A stretch of 64,000 bases of DNA. It comes from Eledone cirrhosa (Eukaryota). The number at the start of each line of letters is the position of its first letter. The stretch's first letter is position 1. Positions 35,670 to 49,078 of this stretch are shown in pieces. Under the pieces are notes generated by a model. The model worked only from the letters and a program-made list of their open reading frames with translations, ran no database searches and was not told the DNA's origin. The stretch lies in NCBI GenBank assembly GCA_964016885.1, contig OZ024743.1, forward strand, positions 372,558,001-372,622,000, read 5' to 3'. The position numbers were made by a program, and so were the translations under genes.

Positions 35670-38203
35670 ATGTGTGTGTATGTATCTGTGTGTGTATCTG
35701 TGTATGTATCTGTGTATATATATTTGTGTATGTATTTGTGTGTGTGTATTTGTGTATGTATCTGTGTGTGTATCTGTGTATGTATCTGTGTGTGTTTGTG
35801 TATGTATCTGTGTGTTTGTGTATGTATCTGTGTATCTGTGTATGTATCTGTGTGTGTATCTGTGTATGTATCTGTGTATGTATCTGTGTGTGTGTTTGTG
35901 TATGTATCTGTGTGTTTGTGTATGTATCTGTGTATCTGTGTGTGTATCTGTGTATGTATCTGTGTATGTATCTGTGTATGTATCTGTGTATCTATGTATG
36001 TATCTGTGTATGTGTCTGTGTATGTATCTGTGTATGTATCTGTGTATGTGTCTGTGTATGTGTCTGTGTATGTATCTGTGTATGTATCTGTGTATGTATC
36101 TGTGTATGTATCTGTGTATGTGTCTGTGTATGTATCTGTGTATGTGTCTGTGTATGTATCTGTGCATGTGTCTGTGTATGTATCTGTATATGTGTCTGTG
36201 TATGTATCTGTGTATGTATCTGTGTATCTGTGTATGTATCTGTGTATGTATCTGTGTATGTGTCTGTGTATGTATCTGTGTATGTGTCTGTGTATGTATC
36301 TATGTATGTATCTGTGTATCTGTGTATGCATCTGTGTATGTATCTGTGTATGTGTATGTGTATGTGTCTGTGTATGTATCTGTGTATGTGTCTGTGTATG
36401 TATCTATGTATGTATCTGTGTATGTGTCTGTGTATGTATCTGTGTATGTGTCTGTGTATGTATCTGTGTATGTATCTGTGTATGTATCTGTGTATGTATC
36501 TGTGTATGTATCTGTGTATCTGTGTATGTATCTGTGTATGTATATATGTATGTATCTGTGTATCTGTGTATGTATCTGTGTATGTATCTGTGTATGTATC
36601 TATGTATGTATCTGTGTATGTGTCTGTGTATGTATCTGTGTATGTGTCTGTGTATGTGTCTGTGTATGTATCTGTGTGTGTCTGTGTATGTGTATGTATC
36701 TGTGTATGTATCTGTGTATGTGTCTGTGTATGTATCTGTGTATGTATCTGTGTATGTGTATGTGTATGTGTCTGTGTATGTGTCTGTGTATGTGTCTGTG
36801 TATGTATCTATGTATGTGTCTGTGTATGTATCTGTGTATGTGTCTGTGTATGTGTCTGTGTATGTATCTGTGTATGTATCTGTGTATGTATCTGTGTATG
36901 TATCTGTGTATGTATCTGTGTATGTATCTGTGTATGTGTCTGTGTATGTGTATGTATCTGTGTATGTATCTGTGTATGTGTCTGTGTATGTATCTGTGTA
37001 TGTATCTGTGTATGTGTATGTGTATGTGTCTGTGTATGTGTCTGTGTATGTGTCTGTGTATGTGTCTGTGTATGTATATGTGTATGTGTCTGTGTATGTG
37101 TCTGTGTATGTGTCTGTGTATGTATCTATGTATGTGTCTGTGTATGTATCTGTATATGTGTCTGTGTATGTGTCTGTGTATGTATCTATGTATGTATCTG
37201 TGTATGTATCTGTGTATGTATCTGTGTATGTATCTGTGTATCTGTGTATGTATCTGTGTATGTATCTATGTATGTATCTGTGTATCTGTGTATGTATCTG
37301 TGTATGTATTTGTGTATGTGTCTGTGTATGTATCTGTGTATGTATCTGTGTATGTGTCTGTGTATGTGTATGTATCTGTGTATGTGTCTGTATATGTATC
37401 TGTGTATGTATCTGTGTATGTGTCTGTGTATGTATCTGTGTATGTATCTGTGTATGTGTATGTGTATGTGTCTGTGTATGTATCTGTGTATGTGTCTGTG
37501 TATGTATCTGTGTATGTATCTGTGTATGTATCTGTGTATGTATCTGTGTATGTGTCTGTGTATGTGTATGTATCTGTGTATGTATCTGTGTATGTGTCTG
37601 TGTATGTATCTGTGTATGTATCTGTGTATGTGTATGTGTATGTGTCTGTGTATGTATCTGTGTATGTGTCTGTGTATGTATCTGTGTATGTGTCTGTGTA
37701 TGTGTCTGTGTATGTATCTGTGTGTCTGTGTATGTATCTGTGTATGTATCTGTGTATGTATCTGTGTATGTATCTGTGTATCTGTGTATGTATCTGTGTA
37801 TGTATCTATGTATGTATCTGTGTATCTGTGTATGTATCTGTGTATGTATTTGTGTATGTGTCTGTGTATGTATCTGTGTATGTATCTGTGTATGTGTCTG
37901 TGTATGTGTATGTATCTGTGTATGTGTCTGTATATGTATCTGTGTATGTATCTGTGTATGTGTCTGTGTATGTATCTGTGTATGTATCTGTGTATGTGTA
38001 TGTGTATGTGTCTGTGTATGTATCTGTGTATGTGTCTGTGTATGTATCTGTGTATGTATCTGTGTATGTGTCTGTGTATGTGTCTGTGTATGTATCTGTG
38101 TATGTGTCTGTGTATGTGTCTGTGTATGTGTATGTGTCTGTGTATGTATCTGTGTATGTGTCTATGTATGTATCTGTGTATGTGTCTGTGTGTGTGTCTG
38201 TGT
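35670..38203. repeat. Satellite built from TGTATG/TATCTG/TGTCTG hexamers (12-bp basic unit)
   Basis: Direct read; about 2.5 kb. Confidence 0.97.
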
Positions 38204-38384
38204 AAAAGACACCAGTGATGCATCCTTTCCTGCTGAGGTAGAAGAAGCTGGTTTGTCTGGGTAGTTTCTTAGAAGGAAGAGACCACAGCTGACTGCCTCT
38301 TCAATACTTCACAACTTATGGCTTTCTCTCTAACACTCATCTTCCACACAAAATACATTATAAACACGTAGATATATATACACA

Positions 38385-38645
<261 letters not shown>

Positions 38646-39332
38646 TTATTCCGGGTTCAATCGGAGGTAACCACAGTAAATAAAGTACTCAATGCATAGC
38701 AGAGTATAAATGTTTTAATATAGAAAAGCATATATATATATATATCACCCAAAGCACATATATATATATCACCCAAAGCATATATATATATATATATCCC
38801 CCAAAGCACATATATGTATAAACATGTTTTAATGCCTCTATGATATTCTTAACACCATTCAACTACTGCTCAATCAAATTCTTAAATTGACAATAAATTG
38901 ATGACGATGATGATGATGATAGTAATGGTGGTGTAGGATGTAGGAGGTGTAGGCGGTGGTTTGATACCATTCACTATACCAGTCCAAAATATACCACTGT
39001 CCATGTAATTCTTCACATATTTTGTGCCAATAACAAAAGTGTTTTAGATCTACCACATTAGCGATGTTTAGGAATATGCCTGTGTGTTTTAGAAGAAAAC
39101 TACATTTCAACTGCAAACATCATTTTAAACATGTTCCTGGGATTAGGTTTCACTTTAAAATCTGTTTTCTGTTGTTTTATCAGGAAAAATTTCTCAAGGG
39201 ATAATGAATCTTAAAAAAGTTCAAAATTGCTTTTTTTCTGCCCAATTTTTGGATTTTACCATAAAATTTGGTTTTATTCTGGATGACATTAAAAATATAA
39301 GGTTTGTAAATAACTTTTGTTTTCATTAATCA

Positions 39333-39732
39333 AAACCTTTTTGCTACCAAACCACCTGAAACCACCCTTGGCTCTACAATACAAAGCTGTCTGTTTTAAA
39401 GTGTTTTTATTTATATAAAATCTTCCATAATTTTATGTATGAAGCTTTGTTATCTTATCTTTCTAACATCAACTTAAGAGAAAGTTATTTTACTAAATCT
39501 TTCCACTTGTTACGTAATACACCACACACCACACACCGCAAACATCAACTTAATAATGAGAAAGTTATTTTATTAAATCCTTCCACTTGTTAAGTAATAT
39601 GTCAAACACAAGCTTGAAAATGAGAAAGGTAGTTATAATACAAAAATTCTTGCAAATTCTTGATTATTTTCAAAATTATCTGAAAATCAGATGAGGTGTC
39701 TTTCATTAGAAATATGGTAACAAAAGGGTTAA
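39333..39732. mobile_element. Degraded piggyBac-like MITE
   Basis: AACCTTTTTGCTACCA..TGGTAACAAAAGGG-TTAA termini; related pieces at 45480 and about 46250-46352. Confidence 0.55.
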
Positions 39733-39856
39733 ATTTTTTATTTCCAACATGGATAAATTGTGAATTATCTAGTATGTAAAATCAATATTTATTTTTGCAT
39801 GAAATCCTCTGACAAAATATTTCAGGGCTGGTCATGAATCAATAATGTTTTGTTAA

Positions 39857-40075
39857 CCCTTTAGCATTTAAGCCGGCAATATCCGGCCAGTATTCTCTCA
39901 CCTCTTTCTGTTCAAACTGGCCATAACCAGCTGCTCATACATATGTTAAGGTATTGTTCTCAAAATAAATAATATAAAAATCTTGTATATTTGATAATAT
40001 GAGATATTTATGTGAGATAAATCCTTTTCTGCGAAAATACAATAGTAAATATAGAGTAATATAAATGTTAAAGGG
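39857..40075. mobile_element. piggyBac-like MITE with TTAA target duplication
   Basis: TTAA-CCCTTTAGCATTTA..TAAATGTTAAAGGG-TTAA; second copy at 45808-46023. Confidence 0.78.
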
Positions 40076-40264
40076 TTAAATTAAATCTTCAAAATTGTAC
40101 AACTAATCATTATGTGTATATATTATGTCATATGTGTATAATACATCATATGTGTAAGGAATTCATAAAAAGATAAAATTTGAAGACACGGACACACAAA
40201 CATATATGTATATCTATATATAAATATACACGGACACACAAACATATTTGTATATATATAAATA

Positions 40265-40440
40265 TCATCATTCATTTTTACGTCCACTTTTCCCTGCTTG
40301 CAAGGGTGGGACGGGAACTGATTCTGGCTTGATTTCTACAGCTCGATGCCCTTCCTAACACCAACCTCATTTACAGTGAGTGCTGGGTGCTTTTTTTTCC
40401 GTGGCACCTCCATGACCACTTTACAGTGGAATGATAGGGA
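40265..40440 (-). mobile_element. 3' half of tRNA-SINE family, ending at its internal hairpin
   Basis: Matches about 14205-14382. Confidence 0.85.
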
Positions 40441-43053
40441 TCATCATCATCATCATCACCGTTTTAGGTCCGTTCTTCCACGCTAGCATGGGTTAGACGG
40501 GTTGTCCTGTTGTGGGCAGTGTCTGGTCGGCTGACCATGCCTTGCTCATACAGGAACTGATCTGGCTTGATTTCTACAGCTGGATGCCCTTCCTAACACC
40601 AACCTCATTTACAGTGAGTGCTGGGTGGTTTTTCGTGGCGCCTACACGTCCACTTTACAGTGTGGGCTGGGTGCTTTTTTGCCGTGACACCTCCACGACC
40701 ACCTTGCGGTGGGGGGTGTGGGGGCATATTGTTTATATGCTTCAGCATGTACCCATGGGAGGTCGGGTACCCTGTATTACTGCGTGACGCCAGAAGTCAC
40801 GGTCGTGCGTCATTGACTTTGAGAGGTGTAGTTGGGTAAGGTCGGCTTTTATCACCTCATCCCAAGTCATCTTGGGTCTCCCCACTCCACGGTTTCCATC
40901 AACTTCTAGTGCTCTGCACCTTTTTATGCAGCTGTCATCCTTCATACGCATCACATGTCCATACCAGCGTAACCGCCTCTCCTGCACGCAGCATTTGATT
41001 CCTCTTATGCTCAGTCTCTCTCTCAATTCCTTTATGCTTTGTCGTTCACGTATATTACTGTTACACATCCATTGGAGCATGCAGGCTTCGTTTCTCTCTA
41101 ATCTACGTAAGTCTTCCACCTTCAGCGCCCAGGTCTCACTACCATGCAACATCGCTGTTCGGATACACGCATCATACAGCCTGCCTTTCATTCTGAGGGA
41201 GAAGCCTTTTGCAGCTAGCAGTGGTAGTAGTTCCCTAAACTTCTTCCATCCCGTTCTTACCCTAGTTATTGTACTTTCTGAGCACCCACCTCCGTTGCTA
41301 ATTCGGTCACCTAGGTAGCAGAAGCTGTCTACTGTTTCTACAGGGCCCTCCCAGAGATTGGTGGTACTTGTTTCCTGTGGCTGTTTGCTTGCTGTTTCAG
41401 CACAGCTGCTGCATGTGAATCCTACATTCTTAATTAAGATTCCTGAGATCCCGCTACATCTCTTGTGTACCCATTGTTTGCATTTGGGGCAGAGAATGGA
41501 GTTCCTACCTACACCTTTCCTACATACTGAGCAAGGCCATTTCCCTGAGGGGATCTGGGTTCTGTTTTCTCGTCTACTTATAAGGACCTTAGTCTTTGTC
41601 ATGTTGACTTTGAGGCCCTTTCTCTCTAGTCCCTGCTTCCAGGTTTGGAATTTATTCTCTAGTTCTACCATAGATTCAGCTATGAGTGCGAGGTCATCAG
41701 CATACAGGAGTTCCCATGGGCATCCGGTCTTAAACTCCTCCGTTATTGCCTGCAGGACTATGATGAACAGGAGAGGGCTAAGAACAGAGCCCTGGTGGAC
41801 CCCAACCTGTACGCTAAATTCCTCGCTATACTCATTGCTAATCCTAACTTTGCTGACTGCTCCCCTATACATGGCTTGTACCGCTTTCACAAGCCATTCA
41901 TCTACTCCTAGTTTTCTAAGAGCCCACCAGATTACTGCACGTGGAACTCTGTCAAAGGCTTTCTCAAGGTCGACAAATGCCAAGTAGAGTGGCTTACTTT
42001 TAGCTAGGTACTTTTCCTGTAATTGCCTCACAAGGAAGAGGGCATCAGTGGTGCCTTTCCCTGGTACAAACCCAAATTGCATCTCGTCTATATTCACCCG
42101 GTCCCTAATCAGCTGTGCTATAACTCTTTCTGTTACTTTCATGACCTGGTCCATCAACTTTATACCTCTATAGTTTCCTCTATCTAGTGCATCGCCTTTA
42201 CCTTTGTAGCAGTTGACAATGATGCTACTGCACCAATCTTTTGGTATGGCCCCCTCTAGTATTACCTGGTTAACGATACGTGTGGTTATAGTGTGACCTA
42301 CAGACCCAGATGCCTTCAGCATCTCGGCAGCTATACCCGATGGACCGGTTGCCTTCTCTATCTTCATATCTCTGATTGCCTTACTTACTACGCTGCCGCT
42401 GACTTGTACTGTAGGTCCCTCTATAGGGTCTACGTGGGGTAGGGTCTCTTCTTCCCATGCATTCTCCTCATTTAGTAATCTATCATAATGACTCTTCCAT
42501 GCATCTTTCTTCTCAGCACTTGTGAGGGCAAGCTCACCTTTATCATTCCGGATACACTTCTCTCCAATGACATCACAACTATCTCTGACACACTGCCTCG
42601 CAATCTTGAATACCTCCTGTTTCTGGTCCTCACGTTGTAAAACATGCTTGAATTTTCTATCCTCTGCTTCCCTCCTAGCTAAGTATACTTGTCGCCTAGC
42701 TTCCCTCTTGGTCTCTATGTAATGTACCCTGCTCCCCCCGTTCTTCCATTCTTTCCATGCCTGTCTCTTGGCCTTGACTGCTTCATCTACCTTATTGTTC
42801 CACCACCAAGTCACTCTCCTCCTGCTTGAGGTCTTATTCCAGCCACAAACCTCATCCGTCGCCTCTAGTAAGTTATTTTTTAGGAACTCCCAGTTCTCTT
42901 CTACGTTAAATGTCTCTATCTGTTCTTCTTTACTGTCGTAGGCGTTGAGTAAAATATCTTTAAATCTGTTACTGGTTGAGGGGACTTTCAGCTTCCAGAT
43001 CTTTCTTCTCCAGGTTGGCCTCTGTTTCAGGGCTCGTCTAGTTCTGACCGTGA

Positions 43054-43055
<2 letters not shown>
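40441..43055 (-). mobile_element. 5'-truncated RTE-clade LINE with PHD-like insertion
   Basis: 690-aa open RT region, 3' UTR and (TGA)n tail. Confidence 0.93.
40742..42814 (-). CDS. RTE reverse transcriptase (partial) with internal PHD-like finger
   Basis: FVDLEKAFD, HQGSVLSPLLF, YADD, CSVC..C..C..VH..C..CSSC, HGSETW. Confidence 0.9.
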   Translation of the reverse strand: MTWWWNNKVDEAVKAKRQAWKEWKNGGSRVHYIETKREARRQVYLARREAEDRKFKHVLQREDQKQEVFKIARQCVRDSCDVIGEKCIRNDKGELALTSAEKKDAWKSHYDRLLNEENAWEEETLPHVDPIEGPTVQVSGSVVSKAIRDMKIEKATGPSGIAAEMLKASGSVGHTITTRIVNQVILEGAIPKDWCSSIIVNCYKGKGDALDRGNYRGIKLMDQVMKVTERVIAQLIRDRVNIDEMQFGFVPGKGTTDALFLVRQLQEKYLAKSKPLYLAFVDLEKAFDRVPRAVIWWALRKLGVDEWLVKAVQAMYRGAVSKVRISNEYSEEFSVQVGVHQGSVLSPLLFIIVLQAITEEFKTGCPWELLYADDLALIAESMVELENKFQTWKQGLERKGLKVNMTKTKVLISRRENRTQIPSGKWPCSVCRKGVGRNSILCPKCKQWVHKRCSGISGILIKNVGFTCSSCAETASKQPQETSTTNLWEGPVETVDSFCYLGDRISNGGGCSESTITRVRTGWKKFRELLPLLAAKGFSLRMKGRLYDACIRTAMLHGSETWALKVEDLRRLERNEACMLQWMCNSNIRERQSIKELRERLSIRGIKCCVQERRLRWYGHVMRMKDDSCIKRCRALEVDGNRGVGRPKMTWDEVIKADLTQLHLSKSMTHDRDFWRHAVIQGTRPPMGTC

Positions 43056-43121
<66 letters not shown>

Positions 43122-43287
43122 ATATATGTATGTATAGATATATATATATAAATTTAAATATATCTATATCTCTATATCTATCTATCTATCTATCTATCTA
43201 TATATATATATATATATATATAGATATAGATATATATATATAAATATAAATATAAATATATCTATATATATATACACACATATACAT

Positions 43288-43630
43288 GGAGGCACAGGGC
43301 TTAGTGGTTAGAGCATTGGCCTTGCAATTGAAAGGTTGTGAGTTCAATTCTTAGACCGGGTGATGTGTTGTTTCCTTAAGCAAGACACTTTATTTCACAT
43401 TGCTCCAGTTTACTCAGCTGTAGAAATGAGATGATAGGGACAGGGGTCCCTATCATTCCACTGTAAAGTGGTCATGGAGGTGCCACAGCAAAAAGCACCC
43501 AGCACTCACTGTAAATGAGGTTGGTGTTAGGAAGGGCATCCAGCTGTAGAAATCAAGCCAGAATCAGTTCCCGTCCCACCCTTGCAAGCAGGGAAAAGTG
43601 GACATAAAATGAAATGATGATGATGATGAT
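43288..43630 (+). mobile_element. tRNA-derived SINE with RTE tail
   Basis: Same family as 14603-14933. Confidence 0.9.
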
Positions 43631-43655
43631 ACATATATATATATATACATATATA

Positions 43656-44431
43656 TCATCATCATCATCATCGTTTAACGTCTATCTTCCTCACTAGCAT
43701 GGGTTAGATGGGAATAGTCCCACTTGAGGCAAGATTAGTTGGGTGACCATGTCTCACTCGTATAGGATCATTTGGCAGCTTTTCTACGGCTGGATGCCCT
43801 TCCTAACACCAACCACATTTATGTTTGGTTAAGAGATGTCTACAGACTGGAGGTTTCACTTTGTACTTAAGCAAGGCGGGTCTTTTGTATTACTGTGTGG
43901 CGTCAAAGATCTTGGTCCAGTGACATTGTCTTAGAGAGGTGCAAGTGTGTAAGGTCGGAATTTATCAAATCATCCCAGGTTTTTCTGGGTCTACCTACTC
44001 TGTAACTTCCATCAATTTTGATCGCCCTGCACTTTTTATACAGCTGTTGTCTTACATGAACGTAGTCTTCTCTCAGGTAAACAGCATCTGATCCCTCTTA
44101 TTCCTAATTTCTCACTTAGTTAGTTTATACTTTGCCGTTCACGTATATTACTATTACACATCCAACGGAGCATGCATGCTTCATTCCTCTCCAGTCTGCG
44201 TAGATCCTCTGCACGTAAAGTCCAAGTCTCACTGCCATGTAACATTGCTGTTCGTATACAGGCATCATACAACCTGCCTTTCATTTTTAGAGAGAAACCT
44301 TTTGTGGCCAACAGTGGTATAAGCTCTCTGAACTTTTTCCATCCCGTTCTGACTCTGGCTACTGTACTTTCAGAGCACCTTCCACCGCTGCTGATTTTAT
44401 CACGCAGGTAACGGAAAGTGTCCACTATCTC

Positions 44432-44432
<1 letters not shown>
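43656..44432 (-). mobile_element. 5'-truncated RTE fragment
   Basis: RVRTGWKKFREL..HGSETW; (TGA)n tail. Confidence 0.88.
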
Positions 44433-44463
<31 letters not shown>

Positions 44464-44578
44464 ATATATATATACAACATGTTATATTGATCTGTTCACC
44501 AACTGTTTTTTCTATACTCCTTGGTGATCTTATGTTAATATCCATCCAATGTCAATAGATTACTGTACTTGTAATAAT

Positions 44579-44640
<62 letters not shown>

Positions 44641-44732
44641 TACTGTATCTACATCCAGAGCACTTAAAGATTGCATTGAGTGCTGAATGTGGTCTACATT
44701 GGGATTGTTAAATTTTTTATTAATTTCAAATT

Positions 44733-44982
44733 TTTTTTATTCCTAATCATGAGCAACACACGTTTTACAAATGACCAGTTCAGAGCTGCAATCAATTATA
44801 ATCAGCTTCAGCTCTGTGATCAATTTGATTATCAGATAAACTGGAGATCAGAATCAGAATATGATCATTTCTGGGATTAACATTTTCTGATTCTGATGAG
44901 CAAATTGATCTCTGATTGTAATCAATCAAGGCTCCAAACTGGTTATTTGTAAAACATATGTTATGTGTGATTATAAATAAAA
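44733..44982. repeat. Old imperfect fold-back, probably Penelope-derived
   Basis: TTTTACAAATGACCAGTT..AACTGGTTATTTGTAAAA and GATCAATTTG..CAAATTGATC arms; CTGATGA present. Confidence 0.6.
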
Positions 44983-45019
44983 TATGTTAAGTCGAAACTT
45001 TGATCTTTCTTTCTCAATA

Positions 45020-45480
45020 TCATCATCATCATCAACATCATCATCAACAATATCATCATCATCATCACTATTTTAGGGTTGTATGGGTCTTTTTCATCTC
45101 AGCCCAGCATCTCTCTACTTGTTGCGCTCCTTTGTCATCTCTTCTGTAAGCCTCAACAATTTGTGATCAGCTCACACCACTTCAGCCCAGGTCTTCCTTC
45201 ATTTTCTTCATCTGCAGTTTCCTTCCACTGAGATTTCATAGCAATTCTTCACCCAGTGATCATCATCTATGCACATCACATATCCATACCAGCATAATCT
45301 TCTGTATTACACACTACATATGATTCCACACTACATATGATACCCAGTTTTACTCTCAGATCATCCATGCTTTGTCATTCCCATACTTTAACATTACACA
45401 TCTATCAAAGCATGCTCACTTAATTTCTCTCCAGCCTTCTCATATCCTCAGTATTCATTGCCCATGTTTCACTACCATGC
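45020..45480 (-). mobile_element. Old degraded RTE 3' fragment
   Basis: CATCACATATCCATACCAG and CCATGTTTCACTACCATGC (HGSETW on minus); (CAT)n end. Confidence 0.7.
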
Positions 45481-45534
45481 CCCTGGCTCTATGATACAAA
45501 GCTACCCATTTTAAAGGGTTCCTGCCTAAATTGA

Positions 45535-45750
45535 TTTCTAATTTAGGTACAAGGCCAGCAAAATTGGAGGAAGAGCAAAATTGATTAAATTAATCCTAGT
45601 ACTTGACTGGTACTTTATGTTATTGCCCCTGAAAGGATAAAAAAGACAAGTTGACCTCGGTGTGATTTCAAGTCAGAATGTAAAGAGCCAGAACAAATAC
45701 TGCAATGGTATCTTATCCAATGTCCACCAATTTTACCAATACACCACCTT
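45535..45750 (-). mobile_element. Nin-type SINE
   Basis: Similar to 15590-15774. Confidence 0.65.
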
Positions 45751-45807
45751 CCAACATAATTTAACATAAAAATATTTTGTTGTGTTTGGTTATAAATATC
45801 AACTCAA

Positions 45808-46023
45808 CCCTTTATTGTTTACATTATATATACTAGTGTGATTTTGTGGTAAAGGCTTTATCTCAAATAATTATCTCACATAATATCGAACCTACGAAAT
45901 GTTGATGTTATTTATTTTGAGAACAATACCTTAACATCAGTATGAGCAGCTAGTTACAGCTGGTTTGAGCAGAAAGAGGTAAGAGAATTCTGGCCGGATA
46001 TGGTCAGTTTAAATGCTAATGGG
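45808..46023. mobile_element. piggyBac-like MITE (opposite orientation to 39857-40075)
   Basis: CCCTTTA..TAAATGCTAATGGG-TTAA; internal similarity. Confidence 0.7.
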
Positions 46024-46034
46024 TTAATAATACT

Positions 46035-46243
46035 TTTAACATAGGCACAAAGCCAGTAATTTTAGGAGAAAAGGGTAAATCAATTAAATCGATTCCAGTA
46101 CTGGATCTTTAATTTATCAATCCTAGAAGGATGAAAGGTAAAATTAATCTTGGTGGGATTTGAACATAGATTGTAAAGAGTTGGAATAAATGCTGCAAAG
46201 CATTTTGTCCAACACTTTAACAATTCTGCCATTTCACTGCCCT
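46035..46243 (-). mobile_element. Nin-type SINE
   Basis: Similar to 45535-45750. Confidence 0.65.
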
Positions 46244-46930
46244 AATTATATTAATAATGAAATAATTAATAATTTTAGTAAATCCCTCTAAATTCTTCAT
46301 AATTAATTCAAATGGTGTGTATTTCATTAGAAATATGGTAATGAAAGGGTTGAACACAAAATCTGAAATTTTATATTTCTAAGCTGTTAACCTCTGCTTC
46401 ATAACCTCTTATAATTGCCATGCAGCATCAAATTTACAAACAAACTGCCTTTTTTTATATAAAGACAGACTCCTCTTGTTATCAGTAAAAAAATTATTTC
46501 CTCTCCCAAATAGCTACATCTTATTTTTTTTTTTTTTCTAAAAATAAAACATTTTTTATACATTTTTTTTTCTTTTGCTTACATTTAAAACATACATTTC
46601 TTTATTGAATTTATATTTATTTTTACATGATAGTTTATTTATTTTTTTACAGTTTTCAGTCATTGGATTGTAGCCATGTTTGGGATCTGTCTTTAAGGGT
46701 CTAGTTTATCATATACCTCTATACCCAACCCACCTAGTACTTATTGAGTACTTAGAAGTCCAGTACTTATTTTAATGATTGCTATTTGTAGAGCCATTAA
46801 GTTATGGGACATAAATAAACACAGACATACACAGACACATACATGTGTGCATGCATATACACATGCACACATACACATTCATTCAAACATGGAAGAGCAA
46901 ATGTAAAAATAATAATTATACGTATATATA

Positions 46931-47012
<82 letters not shown>

Positions 47013-47033
47013 CATATAAATATATATATATAT

Positions 47034-47250
47034 TACTCTTTACTCTTTTACTTGTTCCAGCCATCTGGCTGAGGCCATATATATATCCAAGAGGCTTCTG
47101 CACAGTTTCTGTTTACCAAATTTCACTCACATGACATTAGTTAACCAAATGTAACTGTAGTAAATGTTTGCTCAAGGTGCTATGCAGTAGGATTGAACCC
47201 CAAAATCAAGTGCTTGCAAAGCAAACTTCTTGACCACACAGCCAAGCCTA
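47034..47250 (-). mobile_element. Degraded tRNA-derived SINE with AAAGAGT-type tail
   Basis: Minus strand GGCTGTGTGGTCAAGAAGTTTGC..GGGTTCAATCC; tail also at about 30447-30490. Confidence 0.6.
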
Positions 47251-47489
47251 CACTTGTTATACATAAACATTTATAAAAGTCTATTTATTAGTTTATTTAA
47301 ACGTTAATTGGTGTAAGAAAATTTTTAAACAATTTTATTCAACAAATTTCAGTTGAATTATATAACATTTGCATATAAAAATAACAAATATGGAGAAAAA
47401 ATGAAATAGAGAAAGTAAGAGAAAGGTGTGTGTGTGGGAGGGCGAATCTTCCAATATAATGTTCATATATAATGATTTAATGAAAATTA

Positions 47490-47589
47490 TTGGGTACAGT
47501 GCTCAGGTACACTACAATTCATCAAAGGTGCATGTATAGTACATAGAATAATCTACAAAATCAGGAAAGTGAACAGTATAGTAACCATG

Positions 47590-47592
<3 letters not shown>
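47490..47592 (-). mobile_element. CR1-like LINE 3' UTR remnant
   Basis: Matches about 59633-59735. Confidence 0.55.
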
Positions 47593-47629
<37 letters not shown>

Positions 47630-48613
47630 ACACATAAACACACATATACACACATACACACACACCTTGACACCCACACCCATACACACATACACACTCA
47701 CACACACATACACACATGTGCGTGTGCATGGAGGGGGAATCTCTATATAACTATAGATACTGAATTAGAAGCCTTCATGTGAGAAAAAGTGTAAACAATT
47801 AATAACTCTTTACACCCTGTACAACATGAAACCACATTAGCAAGAAATTCTTCTATAGCTATAGTAAAGATACTATAAACATTTGAATTAACAAACCTAT
47901 TTTGAGATATATTCTGTTAAACAATCACACAGTTGTGCCTACATGAGAAAATATGTGCAAATTCAGATAGTTAGTAAAGCTGAGAAAAAGTAATTTGAGT
48001 ATAGTTTTGTTATATTAGTTTAACTTTTAACATAATATACTGAATGGAACCACATTGGCAAGACATTCTGGAAAAGTACAAAACAGCAATATGGCTTACA
48101 TCACATTAAAAACTAAACTCTTTACTTTAGTTTACTGCAAATGTTCACAACAACCTGTTTACCAGTAAAAATACTATAAACCTGTTTTGTTTTGTTTTTA
48201 GATATTTTCTGCTAAATCATTAAGTGATGTAAAGAGTTAAATCGTACAAATTTGTTAATTATTTTCAAAGTAATTTAAAGACAGTGGAGACTTCTAGTGT
48301 CCTTGGCTCTAAGACCATCTCCCTACTCACCATCATCAGCACGGAGTTGGCTACTCTCAGCTGTGAGCCACTCAAGCTGGAATGGGTATTCCAGTGTATC
48401 TCTCTCACCATCCTCTGGGAAAATGCCTTCTCTATTCTGTCCGCCAGAGCCATGGGGGCAGTTAAAGGTCCAAACACAAGCACTGAGGTTTCAGCTTATT
48501 ATCGCACAAGATTCTTCAAAAGAATGCACACACACACACACGCGCGCGCGCACGCTCACGTGTGTGTGTGTGTGTGTGTGTATCTATATCTATATCTATA
48601 TATATATATATAC

Positions 48614-48697
48614 ATGATGGCTGCCCCCTCGTTATCGAGTATGGCCATTGCACAATAAAAAAAAAAAAAAAATAAATAAAATAAAAAATAAAATAAA

Positions 48698-48742
<45 letters not shown>

Positions 48743-48771
48743 AATAAAAAAAAAAAAAAAAAAAAAAAAAG

Positions 48772-48804
<33 letters not shown>

Positions 48805-48926
48805 TATACATATATATATATATACACATATATATACACACACACATACATACACATACATACATATATACACACACACATACATACACATACACTCACA
48901 CATATATACACACATACATTAATAAC

Positions 48927-48957
<31 letters not shown>

Positions 48958-49036
48958 GCAATAATAATAATAACGACAACAACAATAATAATATACATAT
49001 TCATATATATATACACACACACGCACGCACATAAGC

Positions 49037-49078
<42 letters not shown>

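Noticed and set aside
35529-38264. 850-911 aa ORFs (VYVS/CMYL/CVCI repeats)
   Set aside because: Stop-free translation of the hexamer satellite in all frames; no coding evidence.
38935-39140. Possible exon or pseudogene fragment
   Set aside because: Short frames with stops; no recognisable domain.
48265-48520. Possible host exon (unique, GC-richer, minus-strand GTGAGT donor near 48325-48330)
   Set aside because: No recognisable protein motif, weak acceptor, no partner exons; cannot be supported without RNA data.
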